NCBI GenBank assembly: GCA_024421085.1
Contig: JAHQYN010000003.1
Location: 4,721-68,720 of the forward strand
Direction: 5' to 3'
Length of the DNA stretch: 64,000 bases
From: Acidimicrobiia bacterium
Lineage (GTDB): Bacteria > Actinomycetota > Acidimicrobiia > Acidimicrobiales > Aldehydirespiratoraceae
Part shown: piece after piece, positions 47,510 to 56,391 of the stretch
How the letters are laid out: each line of letters opens with the position of its first letter
How positions within the stretch are numbered: the stretch's first letter is position 1
The notes under the pieces: generated by a model
The model's input: only the letters and a program-made list of their open reading frames with translations
Database searches by the model: none
Told to the model about the DNA's origin: nothing
Program-made: the position numbers and the translations under genes

Positions 47510-47546
47510 GTTCCGAATTCAGACACCGGTCTAGGATTGCTGTCTG

Positions 47547-50141
47547 ATGCCCGCTGATTCATCTGAGCCCGCCAGCACAGGTTCGACTGGCACAGGGATG
47601 GGTATCAGTCGGCTCGTGGGGCTCGACGGGCTCCGCGCCATCGCTGCTTTCGCCGTCTTCTTCCACCATGTCGGGTTCCACTCGGGCCGTACCTACGACG
47701 GGGCGATCGGCCGCTACATCGGCCGTCTCGACATCGGTGTGCCGATCTTCTTCGTGCTTTCCGGGTTCTTGTTGTTCAGGCCGATCGCGGCGGCGGTCAT
47801 AGACGAACGCCCCCTACGTCCAACCGCGGAATACCTGTGGCGCAGGTTCATGCGGATCTATCCGGCATTCTGGGTCGCCCTGGCGTTGATCGTCCTGTTC
47901 ACCAGCGAGGACCTGGGTCTCGCCGACGGGATCACCACCTCGCTGCTGTCCCACATCTACTGGACCGACCATGTGGTCGGGCCGATTCCGCAGGCTTGGA
48001 GTTTGGCCACCGAAGTCAGCTTCTATCTGGCTCTGCCCCTGTTCGCCCGGTTCCTTATCCCCTGTTTGGCCGACCGCGGGCACCCGCAGCGCCGCAATGC
48101 GCTCTTCGTCTTTGTTGCCGGGTGTTATCTGCTGTCGGTCTTCTTTCGGATCTGCATGCTCAATCTGGACAGCCCGTGGAGCGTCGACGCACTGCTCTGG
48201 CTTCCCGCAATGTTCGACTATTTCGCGATAGGCATGGCGCTCGCCGTTGCCCGAGTCGGGTTCGAGCACGGTTCGGTTCAACGGGTCCGACTTGAGCGGT
48301 TGGCGGCGCTGGCCGGTTGGTGGTGGATTGGTGCGGCGCTGCTCTTCTATGTCGTGTCCCAGCGGATGGGCTTGGCCCTTGGGCTCGACGCGGCCTCATG
48401 GCCCCGGGAGATTGGGCGCCAGTTCGTGTATGGGGCGATCGGATTCGCGTTGTTGTTCCCCCTGGTGTTCGGCACCGACCGCCGGTCGTACGTGCGCCGA
48501 TTCGTGGCCAGCCAGCCGATGGACTGGCTGGGAAAGATCTCGTATTCGTTTTACCTCTGGCACATGGTCTTCATCGTCCACCCGTGGGGTCCGATGACCG
48601 ACATTTTCGGCGAGGTGAAGCTGTTCGAGACCAACTATTGGCGCCTCTGTGCAGTGGCTCTCGTACCCGTGTTTGTGGTCTCGGTGGCCAGCTATTATCT
48701 GGTCGAACGCCTGGGTCTGCGCATGCAGGGGTTGGTTCGGCGTGAATCGCACGGTCAAACGAGGTTCGAGTCGGCCGTTGAGCGGCTTGCGGCAACTTGG
48801 CGGGCGGCGACGTTCCGGTTGCAGTTGGCGGTGATAGCGGCGGCTGGGCTGGCGTTGCGAGTCGTCTACGTGATAGCGGTGAAGCGCGACCACACGCTGG
48901 AGACGGTCGACGTTTTCCCCGGCGACCAGTTCTACTACTCCCTGGCTGCCGACGCGCTTGCCGACGGCAAGGGATTCGTCACTCCGTGGCACGGGTTGTC
49001 GGGTGTGGCTGATGGTGTTCAAGCCAGCCACGCGGCGGACCATCCACCGTTGACGGCAATTGTTACCGCTCCCGCTTCGTGGCTGCCCGGTGGACAGGGT
49101 GAACACATTTTCGAACAGCGTTTCATCATGTGTCTCGTCGGTGCGGGCGTGATCGTGATGATCGGGTTGCTCGCGCGCCAGCTGGCAGGACGTGCAGTGG
49201 GACTCACCGCGGCTGGTATCGCCGCTGTCTATCCGGCATTGTGGATCAATGACGGGCTGGTCATGGCCGAATCGCTGACAGTGTTCTGCATCGCCGGGGG
49301 GGTCTGGGCCGCTCTGCGTTACCGACAGGCTCCGTCGGGTCGGCTGGCAATAGAACTCGGTGCCTGGATCGGTTTTGCTGCGCTCGCCCGGTCCGAGTCG
49401 TTGTTGCTGTTGCCGCTGCTGGTTGCGCCCCTGATGGTGCTGGGTCATCCGCGCTGGCGCGAACGTGCCAAGGCGGTCGTGGTCAGCGGCGCCGTAACCG
49501 CTCTGGTGATCGCCCCCTGGGTGGTCCCCAACCTCCTGCGGTTCAACGAACCGGTGTTGATGTCGACCAACGACGGCGTGACCCTGATCGGCGCCAACTC
49601 ACCGCAGACATATTCGGGCGGCGCGATCGGTTTCTGGTCGTTGGAGTATGCCGACACGCTGGCCGGTGACCTTCCTGAACTGGAGGGAGCCGATGTCAGC
49701 GAAGCGTCGCGGGTCTGGCGGTCGGAGGCCTTCAGCTACATCGGGGACAATCTGGATGATCTGCCTCGGGTCGTGGCCGCACGGCTCGGTCGTCTGTGGT
49801 CGGTTTTTCGACCCTTGCAGATGTCTGATTTCAACACCGGGGAGGGGCGCGAGGTCTGGGCCTCGAACCTTGCTTTCGCCGGGTTCTGGGTAGCCGTGCC
49901 CCTAGCGCTGATCGGCTGGTGGCGACTCGGTCGCGACCGACTCATGCGGTGGCCCTTCGCGGTTCTCGCAGTCCATGTGTCGCTGATCGGGGCACTGTTC
50001 TACGGGATACCCCGCTTCCGGGCGCCCGCCGAGATAGCGGTGGTGGTGTGCGCGGCGACTGCGATGCACTGGTTGAGCAGCCTTGGGACATGTCAACCTC
50101 GGCCCACATCGTCGTCGTCGCCGGTCCGGGTTGCGCCATGA
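47547..50141 (+). CDS. acyltransferase-3 (OafA-like) domain fused to a GT-C/GT39-like glycosyltransferase domain (864 aa)
   Basis: N-terminal LDGLRAIAAFAVFFHHVGFH and ~10 TM segments. The C-terminal half is paralogous to 53513-54916 and 54913-56355 (FYYSLAADALADGKGF...). Confidence 0.7.
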   Translation: MPADSSEPASTGSTGTGMGISRLVGLDGLRAIAAFAVFFHHVGFHSGRTYDGAIGRYIGRLDIGVPIFFVLSGFLLFRPIAAAVIDERPLRPTAEYLWRRFMRIYPAFWVALALIVLFTSEDLGLADGITTSLLSHIYWTDHVVGPIPQAWSLATEVSFYLALPLFARFLIPCLADRGHPQRRNALFVFVAGCYLLSVFFRICMLNLDSPWSVDALLWLPAMFDYFAIGMALAVARVGFEHGSVQRVRLERLAALAGWWWIGAALLFYVVSQRMGLALGLDAASWPREIGRQFVYGAIGFALLFPLVFGTDRRSYVRRFVASQPMDWLGKISYSFYLWHMVFIVHPWGPMTDIFGEVKLFETNYWRLCAVALVPVFVVSVASYYLVERLGLRMQGLVRRESHGQTRFESAVERLAATWRAATFRLQLAVIAAAGLALRVVYVIAVKRDHTLETVDVFPGDQFYYSLAADALADGKGFVTPWHGLSGVADGVQASHAADHPPLTAIVTAPASWLPGGQGEHIFEQRFIMCLVGAGVIVMIGLLARQLAGRAVGLTAAGIAAVYPALWINDGLVMAESLTVFCIAGGVWAALRYRQAPSGRLAIELGAWIGFAALARSESLLLLPLLVAPLMVLGHPRWRERAKAVVVSGAVTALVIAPWVVPNLLRFNEPVLMSTNDGVTLIGANSPQTYSGGAIGFWSLEYADTLAGDLPELEGADVSEASRVWRSEAFSYIGDNLDDLPRVVAARLGRLWSVFRPLQMSDFNTGEGREVWASNLAFAGFWVAVPLALIGWWRLGRDRLMRWPFAVLAVHVSLIGALFYGIPRFRAPAEIAVVVCAATAMHWLSSLGTCQPRPTSSSSPVRVAP
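50028..50119. repeat. direct repeat copy 1 flanking the Fic insertion
   Basis: The 51-bp core cactggttgagCagccttgggacatgtcaacctcggcccacatcgtcgtcg differs at 1 position from 51517-51567. The upstream ~40 bp is more diverged, with indels. Confidence 0.85.
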
Positions 50142-50222
50142 TCGGTTCACAAAATCATATCGTCGAGTGATGGCGGATATTATTCGTCGCTTGATGATGA
50201 ATGAATTGATAGTATCACCCGT

Positions 50223-51476
50223 GTGATCTACGATCTGCCCCGCATGATGTCCAGAGACGAGGACGTCGCGGGCGAGATCGAGCAGTTGAGAGAACGACTC
50301 CGGCCCTATGTCCGCATGCGACGGCGCTGGTATGGCACCCTTCGCCGCGCTCAGTTCGCGCGCGCTGTCCAGGGCTCGAACTCGATCGAGGGGTACCACG
50401 CCAGCGTCGAAGATGCAGCGGCCGTCATCGACAACGACGAGCCGTTCGCCGACATGTCCGAAGACACCATCAGCGCGGTCTCCGGTTACCGAGACGCCAT
50501 GACCTTCGCGCTGCAACTTTCAGCGGGCACATCACCGAGGGAACGGTTCCGCGAATCAGTGCCCCGAGCGTTCCTCGACGACGGATCGAGCCCACCGTTG
50601 TCGCTGATCGACCTTCCCACCCTCCGGTCTCTCCACTTCATGATGATCAAGCACGACCTTGCACACAACCCGGGTCAGCTGCGCCCCGGGGCGATCTGGG
50701 TTCAAGACCCCGACGGCGATTCGGTGTACGACGCCCCCGATCGGGAGGAGATCGAGGCCTTGCTCGAGGAGCTGTTCGAGCAGTGCGCCAGTCTCTTCGC
50801 CGACGAGACGGTTCCTCCGATGGTCACAGCCGCGATGGCACATCTCAACTTGGTGCTGATCCACCCGTTCAGCGATGGCAACGGTCGCATGGCGCGCTGC
50901 GTGCAGTCGCTGCTGCTCGCAGCAGCGGCGGTTCGGGACGATGACCCGGTCGCGCCCGAGTTTCTCAGCATTGAGGAGTACCTCGGACGCAACACACTGG
51001 AGTACTACGCAACGCTCGACACCGTCGCGGGCGGTCGATGGTCACCGCAGCGAAGCGCGCGACCCTGGATCGAGTTCTGCCTGACCGCGCACTTGCGCCA
51101 GGCTCGAACCGTGCTGCGTCGAGTCTCCGAGTTCGACGCTCTGTGGGATGTTTGCAGCCAGCTTGCACAGCGTCGCGGGGTGCCTGAGCGAGCTGTCGGC
51201 ACGCTGTGTGACGCAGCCCGCGGGTGGACCGTGCGCCGGTCGCTGTACCTCATCCGCACCGAGACAACCCGAGGTGAGCCGATCAGCGAGGGTATGGCCT
51301 CCCGCGATCTCCAGACAATGGTGAGAGCCGGCCTGCTCAGCCCCAGGGGCGATAAGCGAGGGCGGCGATACCTCGCCTCAGAAGAACTTGCGGACATCTG
51401 GCACCAGATCCGCAGAATGCGGCGCATCGAGGATGACACCGACCCCTACCGGTCAGCGCAGTCGCCGCTCTTCTGA
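50223..51476 (+). CDS. Fic family protein
   Basis: HPFSDGNGRMAR core motif. An AT-rich leader lies at 50142-50222. Confidence 0.85.
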   Translation: MIYDLPRMMSRDEDVAGEIEQLRERLRPYVRMRRRWYGTLRRAQFARAVQGSNSIEGYHASVEDAAAVIDNDEPFADMSEDTISAVSGYRDAMTFALQLSAGTSPRERFRESVPRAFLDDGSSPPLSLIDLPTLRSLHFMMIKHDLAHNPGQLRPGAIWVQDPDGDSVYDAPDREEIEALLEELFEQCASLFADETVPPMVTAAMAHLNLVLIHPFSDGNGRMARCVQSLLLAAAAVRDDDPVAPEFLSIEEYLGRNTLEYYATLDTVAGGRWSPQRSARPWIEFCLTAHLRQARTVLRRVSEFDALWDVCSQLAQRRGVPERAVGTLCDAARGWTVRRSLYLIRTETTRGEPISEGMASRDLQTMVRAGLLSPRGDKRGRRYLASEELADIWHQIRRMRRIEDDTDPYRSAQSPLF

Positions 51477-51482
51477 CGCGGT

Positions 51483-51567
51483 GCCGAGATCGCGGTGGTG
51501 TGCGGCGACTGCTATCCACTGGTTGAGTAGCCTTGGGACATGTCAACCTCGGCCCACATCGTCGTCG
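51483..51567. repeat. direct repeat copy 2 flanking the Fic insertion
   Basis: See copy 1. This copy contains the start of the DUF2304-like gene (ATG 51540). Confidence 0.85.
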
Positions 51568-51899
51568 CCACCGTCATCTTCTTGACGGTCCTGTTCATCT
51601 TCCGCTTGGTTCGCCGCCAGGTACTCAAGAGCAAGTATGCGCTGCTCTGGTCGTTTGTCGGCGTGGCGCTGCTTCCGCTGGCAGCGGTACCCGACATTCT
51701 CGTCCCGATCTCGGATTTCATCGGGATCGAATATGAGCCCGCCACGGTGCTCTTCGCTGCCACAGCGTTCCTGTTCGCCACGACGGTGCATCTGTCCTAC
51801 GAGATGTCCCGCGTCGAGGCCCGGACCCAGGACCTGGCCGAGGAACTGGCTCTGTTGCGCGTCGAAGTCGAAGCGGTCAGCCCCCGCTCCACGCCCTGA
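51540..51899 (+). CDS. DUF2304-like small membrane protein
   Basis: ...LVRRQVLKSKYALLWSFVG...LSYEMSRVE...LAEELALL pattern, with 3-4 TM segments. Confidence 0.65.
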   Translation: MSTSAHIVVATVIFLTVLFIFRLVRRQVLKSKYALLWSFVGVALLPLAAVPDILVPISDFIGIEYEPATVLFAATAFLFATTVHLSYEMSRVEARTQDLAEELALLRVEVEAVSPRSTP

Positions 51900-51906
51900 G
51901 AGCCGC

Positions 51907-52662
51907 TTATTCGCTGTTGCGGGACATTCGCTTGGCAGCAGGCGTGGCGGTGACGATGAGACCATCGGCGGAGAAGGGACGGTTCAGCTTGCCGAGCGCC
52001 CGTTCGAGACCGACAACCATACGAACCGCGGCGGCCTCTAGCCGGGACCGGTCGCCGCGCTCGCGTACCGCAGGCACATATGTCACCGTCTGGTCGTGCT
52101 CCCAGCCTGACCTGCGCAACAGTTCAGTCAGGGTGCGCCAACTGAACATCACCACATGGTCTGGATGGTTGATCTCGACCCCTCGGAAGATCGAAGCAGC
52201 CACGTTGATCAGGCCGTAGGCGTTGGGTGTGGTGATGATCAGCGTGCCGTCCGGTTTGCAGAGGTGATGCAGAGCGTCGAGGAACGGACCCGGGGCGGAG
52301 ATGTGTTCGATCACCTCGCCGGCCAACACGACGTCGGCGGGCTCCAAGGCGAGGGCGGCTACTGCTCCGGCGTCTGTGCAGTCCACCAGGTGGGCCTCGA
52401 AGCCCTCCTCGGCAGCAGCGGCAACACCGGCACGGTCGCTGTCGACACCCACGAGTTCAGTGGCGACGTCATGGAGGCGACCATGAAGCCAGCTCCCGGC
52501 GCGGCCCTGTTCGCGGCGGAACCCGGCGTCTGCGAACCCGACATGGATGACCCGCTTGTTGGCGCACTGATTGGTGAGCCATTCGATGCGATCAACGATC
52601 TCTGCATGGGGCAGTTCGTGTGCCAACTCGTCCTGACTGTATTCGGGAGTCTCGGAGTTCAT
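51907..52662 (-). CDS. class I SAM-dependent methyltransferase
   Basis: RVIHVGFADAG..., VVLAGEVIEHI, GTLIITTPN. Start reset to MNSETPEY, with an ATGA overlap onto the upstream stop. Confidence 0.8.
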   Translation of the reverse strand: MNSETPEYSQDELAHELPHAEIVDRIEWLTNQCANKRVIHVGFADAGFRREQGRAGSWLHGRLHDVATELVGVDSDRAGVAAAAEEGFEAHLVDCTDAGAVAALALEPADVVLAGEVIEHISAPGPFLDALHHLCKPDGTLIITTPNAYGLINVAASIFRGVEINHPDHVVMFSWRTLTELLRRSGWEHDQTVTYVPAVRERGDRSRLEAAAVRMVVGLERALGKLNRPFSADGLIVTATPAAKRMSRNSE

Positions 52663-53501
52663 CGGCCCGACTCTGTTTCGAGTTCGCTGCCCGAATCTGG
52701 CGAGAACACCGGTGGTGCAGTCATGGAGGCGGCCACCTCGGCCAGGGTGCGTCGGCTGCCCGCCACAAGTTGCTCGACCCGGGCCTTCATCTTGCTCCGG
52801 CCCCACCACAACACTCTGCTGCCGAGGTGCCCGACCTCGGGGACGACCCAGCGCCCTTCGTCGGGGTCGAAGTCGTAGGGATGGGCATACAGCCAGGCGT
52901 GATCGGGGGCTCTCTTCTTCGCCCAGCCGACGACCGGTCCGGGCGCCACGCGCAGGTATGTCCCGCCCAGAAGCGGGAGCGTGAGCGGCCCGAACCCGAA
53001 GACCGGCGATGGGATCTCAATGAGCCCCGAAGGCCAGCGAAACGGGACTCGGGGAGCTTGGGGCCACCCGAACAGCGGGTTGCGGGCCGGCAGCACGCTG
53101 GAGGAGTACTCGAATCCGAGCTCGCTGAGTATCTCAGGCGCCCAGGCCGACTCGGGCACAAGCGAGAAGATCGGTGCCCGAAACCCCTTGATCTCGGCCT
53201 GCACAAGCTGGGCGAGCCGATCGCAAGCCTCAGCGGTGACCCGGCGGAAAACCTCCGGTCCGACCTCAGGCAACGGTGTGTGATCGGCACCGTGCAAGCC
53301 GATCTCGTGGCCCCGGGCCGCAACCCGAGCCACCAGATCCGGGTCGTCCCGCGCCAGTTCACCGACAACAAAAACGGTTCCAGTAACGCCCCATTCATCG
53401 AGGTCACACAACAACTCGTCGGTGACCGCGCCGAAACGCGGCTCAACGGACTCGTGCGGCCGATGATCCTCAAGATCCAGCGTAAAGACGATGTTGCTCA
53501 C
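52659..53501 (-). CDS. polysaccharide deacetylase family protein (NodB fold, DUF3473-like C-terminus)
   Basis: FTLDLEDH and LHGADH motifs. Start set at in-frame GTG 53501, with GAGGG upstream. Confidence 0.75.
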   Translation of the reverse strand: MSNIVFTLDLEDHRPHESVEPRFGAVTDELLCDLDEWGVTGTVFVVGELARDDPDLVARVAARGHEIGLHGADHTPLPEVGPEVFRRVTAEACDRLAQLVQAEIKGFRAPIFSLVPESAWAPEILSELGFEYSSSVLPARNPLFGWPQAPRVPFRWPSGLIEIPSPVFGFGPLTLPLLGGTYLRVAPGPVVGWAKKRAPDHAWLYAHPYDFDPDEGRWVVPEVGHLGSRVLWWGRSKMKARVEQLVAGSRRTLAEVAASMTAPPVFSPDSGSELETESGR

Positions 53502-53512
53502 GACAGGTGCCC

Positions 53513-54916
53513 TCAACCTACTTCGGCCGAGTCCTCCGCGGGCGTTTCCGAAGGCATCCGAGGCGAATCGGATCGAACAAGCTGCTCGACCAGCCAGGAG
53601 ACGGCGACGGCGCTGAGGGCGATCATGGCGATGTCTATGGGGACTCGGTAGCGGGTCAGTCCGAAAGTGATCGCTGAAGCCAGCAGTATCGTCGGCCACA
53701 TCGACAGCAGCGGTGTCAGCCTTATGCCACGCCGCCAGAACACCATTCCGCCGATGATCGTCAACGGCAGCAGTGCATAGTAGAAGCCGAGGCCGAACGT
53801 CGACGGTTCCTCCCAACGCCCCTCGACCTGATAGTTCAGGCGCAGAGAGTGGCCGGGTTTGAACAGTTCGAGTGACCGACCCATGCGGGCCAGGGCCACA
53901 ACCCCGAACCGCTCCCAGTTGTCGGCGGTGTACTCCAAGGCGTACTTCCGATTGAATGAATCGACAACGGACTCGTCGTAGACGACCCGGGACTCGCCGC
54001 GCAGAGTCGAACCGGGCAACTCAGCTTCCAGCTCGTCCCAGAGCCCGCGGGAATCGAAGCAGACCGTCCAAAACCCCATGGCCTCTCCGCTCCATGCCTC
54101 ATCGCAGGAACCGGCCATCATCACCGTGCCGGGCACGGCGCTCATCGTCACCGGATCCTCGAACCGAAGGTTGTTGTAGATCAACCAGGGCGACAGGACT
54201 ATCAGTCCGGCCAGACCGCACAACACGATCTGCCGCAGCTTCTCGCGCCAACCAACCCCGCTGAGCCACCAGACCAGCGGTATGACCATGAACCCGAACA
54301 GGGCCAACGCCTCGGCCCGGGTCAGGGCCGCAATGGCGATGACCGCGCCGAGCACGACGACCCGTTTCGCCGTCGGCTCGTTGATCCACGCATACCCGGC
54401 CCAGAGCACTGCCACGATCACCGGTTGGTACAGACCCTCGGACAACAGCATCATGTCGTTGATCCACATGAGCGGGTGCACAGCGGCGAGTACTGCGGCG
54501 ATGATTCCCGCCAGGTCTCCGGCCAACCGTCGTACCAGCAAGCCCAACGAGACGATCAGCGCGAAGCCCGCCAGAGTGGACACCAGCCGGTGGTCGGTCA
54601 CCCCGTCGAGTCCGAGACGCGACCAGAACGCCAGGTAGAGCGCATACAAGGGTGGGTCGCCTGCTGAATCGAGGATGTGGCCGTTGACTATGTACTCGTG
54701 CGGGTTGATGAACCAGTGGCCCCTGCTGATCAGATCAGCTTGATGATGGTGGTAGTAAGCGTCGCCAGCGAGGGTGTAGCAGTCCGCTGCGCCGGTGGTG
54801 CAGGTGGGGCGGTACCAGAGCACCGCGGCGATCCGCAGGAACCAGCCGGCCAGTCCGACACCGACGATGATCGGAACGCCGCGCCCGCCGACGACTTCAC
54901 GAACCCGCGAGATCAT
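53513..54916 (-). CDS. GT-C / GT39 (ArnT/PMT-like) glycosyltransferase
   Basis: Polytopic. Contains the DAYYHHHQADLISRGHWF...DPPLYALYL loop typical of this family. Paralogue of the next gene. Confidence 0.65.
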   Translation of the reverse strand: MISRVREVVGGRGVPIIVGVGLAGWFLRIAAVLWYRPTCTTGAADCYTLAGDAYYHHHQADLISRGHWFINPHEYIVNGHILDSAGDPPLYALYLAFWSRLGLDGVTDHRLVSTLAGFALIVSLGLLVRRLAGDLAGIIAAVLAAVHPLMWINDMMLLSEGLYQPVIVAVLWAGYAWINEPTAKRVVVLGAVIAIAALTRAEALALFGFMVIPLVWWLSGVGWREKLRQIVLCGLAGLIVLSPWLIYNNLRFEDPVTMSAVPGTVMMAGSCDEAWSGEAMGFWTVCFDSRGLWDELEAELPGSTLRGESRVVYDESVVDSFNRKYALEYTADNWERFGVVALARMGRSLELFKPGHSLRLNYQVEGRWEEPSTFGLGFYYALLPLTIIGGMVFWRRGIRLTPLLSMWPTILLASAITFGLTRYRVPIDIAMIALSAVAVSWLVEQLVRSDSPRMPSETPAEDSAEVG

Positions 54917-56355
54917 GCTGACACGCCCTCCGGCGCCGGCTGCGTGTCGGCCGATTCCAGATGCCCCGTCGAAGGTGCCGAGGGCGGTCTGAAACGATCC
55001 AGCAGCGCCCCCAGCGCCACCGCGGCCAACACTGCGAACACCAGATCGGCACCGAGTCGGTAGCGGGTTATCCCGAACGTGATCGCCGCGGTGAGGATCG
55101 ACGTGCCCGCAACCGCGGCCACTGGCAGCAGAGATGTCCGGCGGCGCATCACCACCGCACCGTAGATCGAAGCGATCATTACTACATAGTGGCTCAGCAG
55201 GCCGATGTGGACGTGTGAAGATATCCGCCGCTCGAAGAACACATCGAAATCAGCGGTTTGCAGGGGCCTGAACAGCCCGAGCACCCGCCCGACCCGAGCG
55301 GCGACCACCTTCGGTTGTTCGCTGAGGTGGTCTCCGATGTATCCGAGGGCCTTGTCGAGTTTTGCGGCTCCGATGACCGATTCGTCGCCGTCGGGCCAGG
55401 TTGACTGACGGTCCTCGGCGCTCCAGAAACTCAGCGCACCCCGAGAGTCCGTCGCATCACAGTCGCCGCTCCAGTATCCGAGCAGCCGCCCGGAGTAGGT
55501 CTCGTCGCAGTTGCCGAGTTCGAGTACATAGCCTGGGCCGATCGCCAGAAAGGTAGGTTCGTCGAAGGTGGCCAGATTGCGGCCGACCCACGGTGTCAAC
55601 GCCAACATGGCGATCAGAGCCGCGCCGGATGTGCGGGCAATCCGGGTACGCCAGTCCAAACAGCGGTGGGTCAGGATTATCGGTGCCAGCAGCAGGAAGA
55701 ACAGCATGAAGGGTTCGCTGCGGGTCAGGGCTCCGGCAGAGAGCACCACGGTGAGTTCAATGATTCGCCGCCAGGAAGGCTCGTCGTAGACACGGTGGGC
55801 GAACCAGAGAGTCCATGCTGCGATCGGGATGTACATCGACTCTGAGAGAATCAACGCGTCGTTCATCCATAGAGGCGGGTGAAGCGCCACTGCGACCATG
55901 CCGATGACTGCTGTGCGTTGGTTGAACAGGCGTCGCAGGAGCATTCCCACTGGTATGACGGCAGTGCCAGACACGACGCCGCCGGCAAGGCGATGCCAAG
56001 AAACGCTGTCGAGTCCGAGCAACGACCAGATGGAGAGGTAGAGCGTGTAACCGGGCGGGTGTGCGGCCGTTGGCTGGAGTTCACCGAAGATTTTGTACTC
56101 GAACGGGTCGGCAAAACCGTGCCCGTCCGCCAACAGGTTGGCGGTCACATGGTAGTAGACGTTGTCGTTCACCTCGCCGATCGGCAGGTATCGGTACCAC
56201 CGCAGGAACACGAACCAGCGCACGGCCACCGCGAAGAGGAACACTCCCGCCACCAGCCAACCGAACGCACCACGGTTGAACGACCCGCAACCTTTCAGTG
56301 AAGTGCCACTCTTGAGGGAAGTGCCGCCTTTCAATGAAGTGAAGGGTCTGCACAC
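54913..56355 (-). CDS. GT-C / GT39 (ArnT/PMT-like) glycosyltransferase
   Basis: NVYYHVTANLLADGHGF...HPPGYTLYL. ATGA-type overlap with the downstream paralogue. The N-terminal tail contains three TSLK(G/S)G repeats (56291-56344). Confidence 0.65.
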   Translation of the reverse strand: MCRPFTSLKGGTSLKSGTSLKGCGSFNRGAFGWLVAGVFLFAVAVRWFVFLRWYRYLPIGEVNDNVYYHVTANLLADGHGFADPFEYKIFGELQPTAAHPPGYTLYLSIWSLLGLDSVSWHRLAGGVVSGTAVIPVGMLLRRLFNQRTAVIGMVAVALHPPLWMNDALILSESMYIPIAAWTLWFAHRVYDEPSWRRIIELTVVLSAGALTRSEPFMLFFLLLAPIILTHRCLDWRTRIARTSGAALIAMLALTPWVGRNLATFDEPTFLAIGPGYVLELGNCDETYSGRLLGYWSGDCDATDSRGALSFWSAEDRQSTWPDGDESVIGAAKLDKALGYIGDHLSEQPKVVAARVGRVLGLFRPLQTADFDVFFERRISSHVHIGLLSHYVVMIASIYGAVVMRRRTSLLPVAAVAGTSILTAAITFGITRYRLGADLVFAVLAAVALGALLDRFRPPSAPSTGHLESADTQPAPEGVSA

Positions 56356-56391
56356 CCGCCAATCCTAGTTGTGGCTATACCGTGACGACCT

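Noticed and set aside
50142-50222. AT-rich leader upstream of Fic, searched for a promoter or a small antitoxin ORF.
   Set aside because: No -35/-10 pair with acceptable spacing and no ORF with an RBS could be supported.
56291-56344. Three 18-bp tandem units at the 5' end of the GT39-like gene, considered as a regulatory VNTR.
   Set aside because: The unit is a multiple of 3 and reads in frame as TSLK(G/S)G x3 in a cytoplasmic N-terminal tail. Most simply this is a low-complexity coding repeat.
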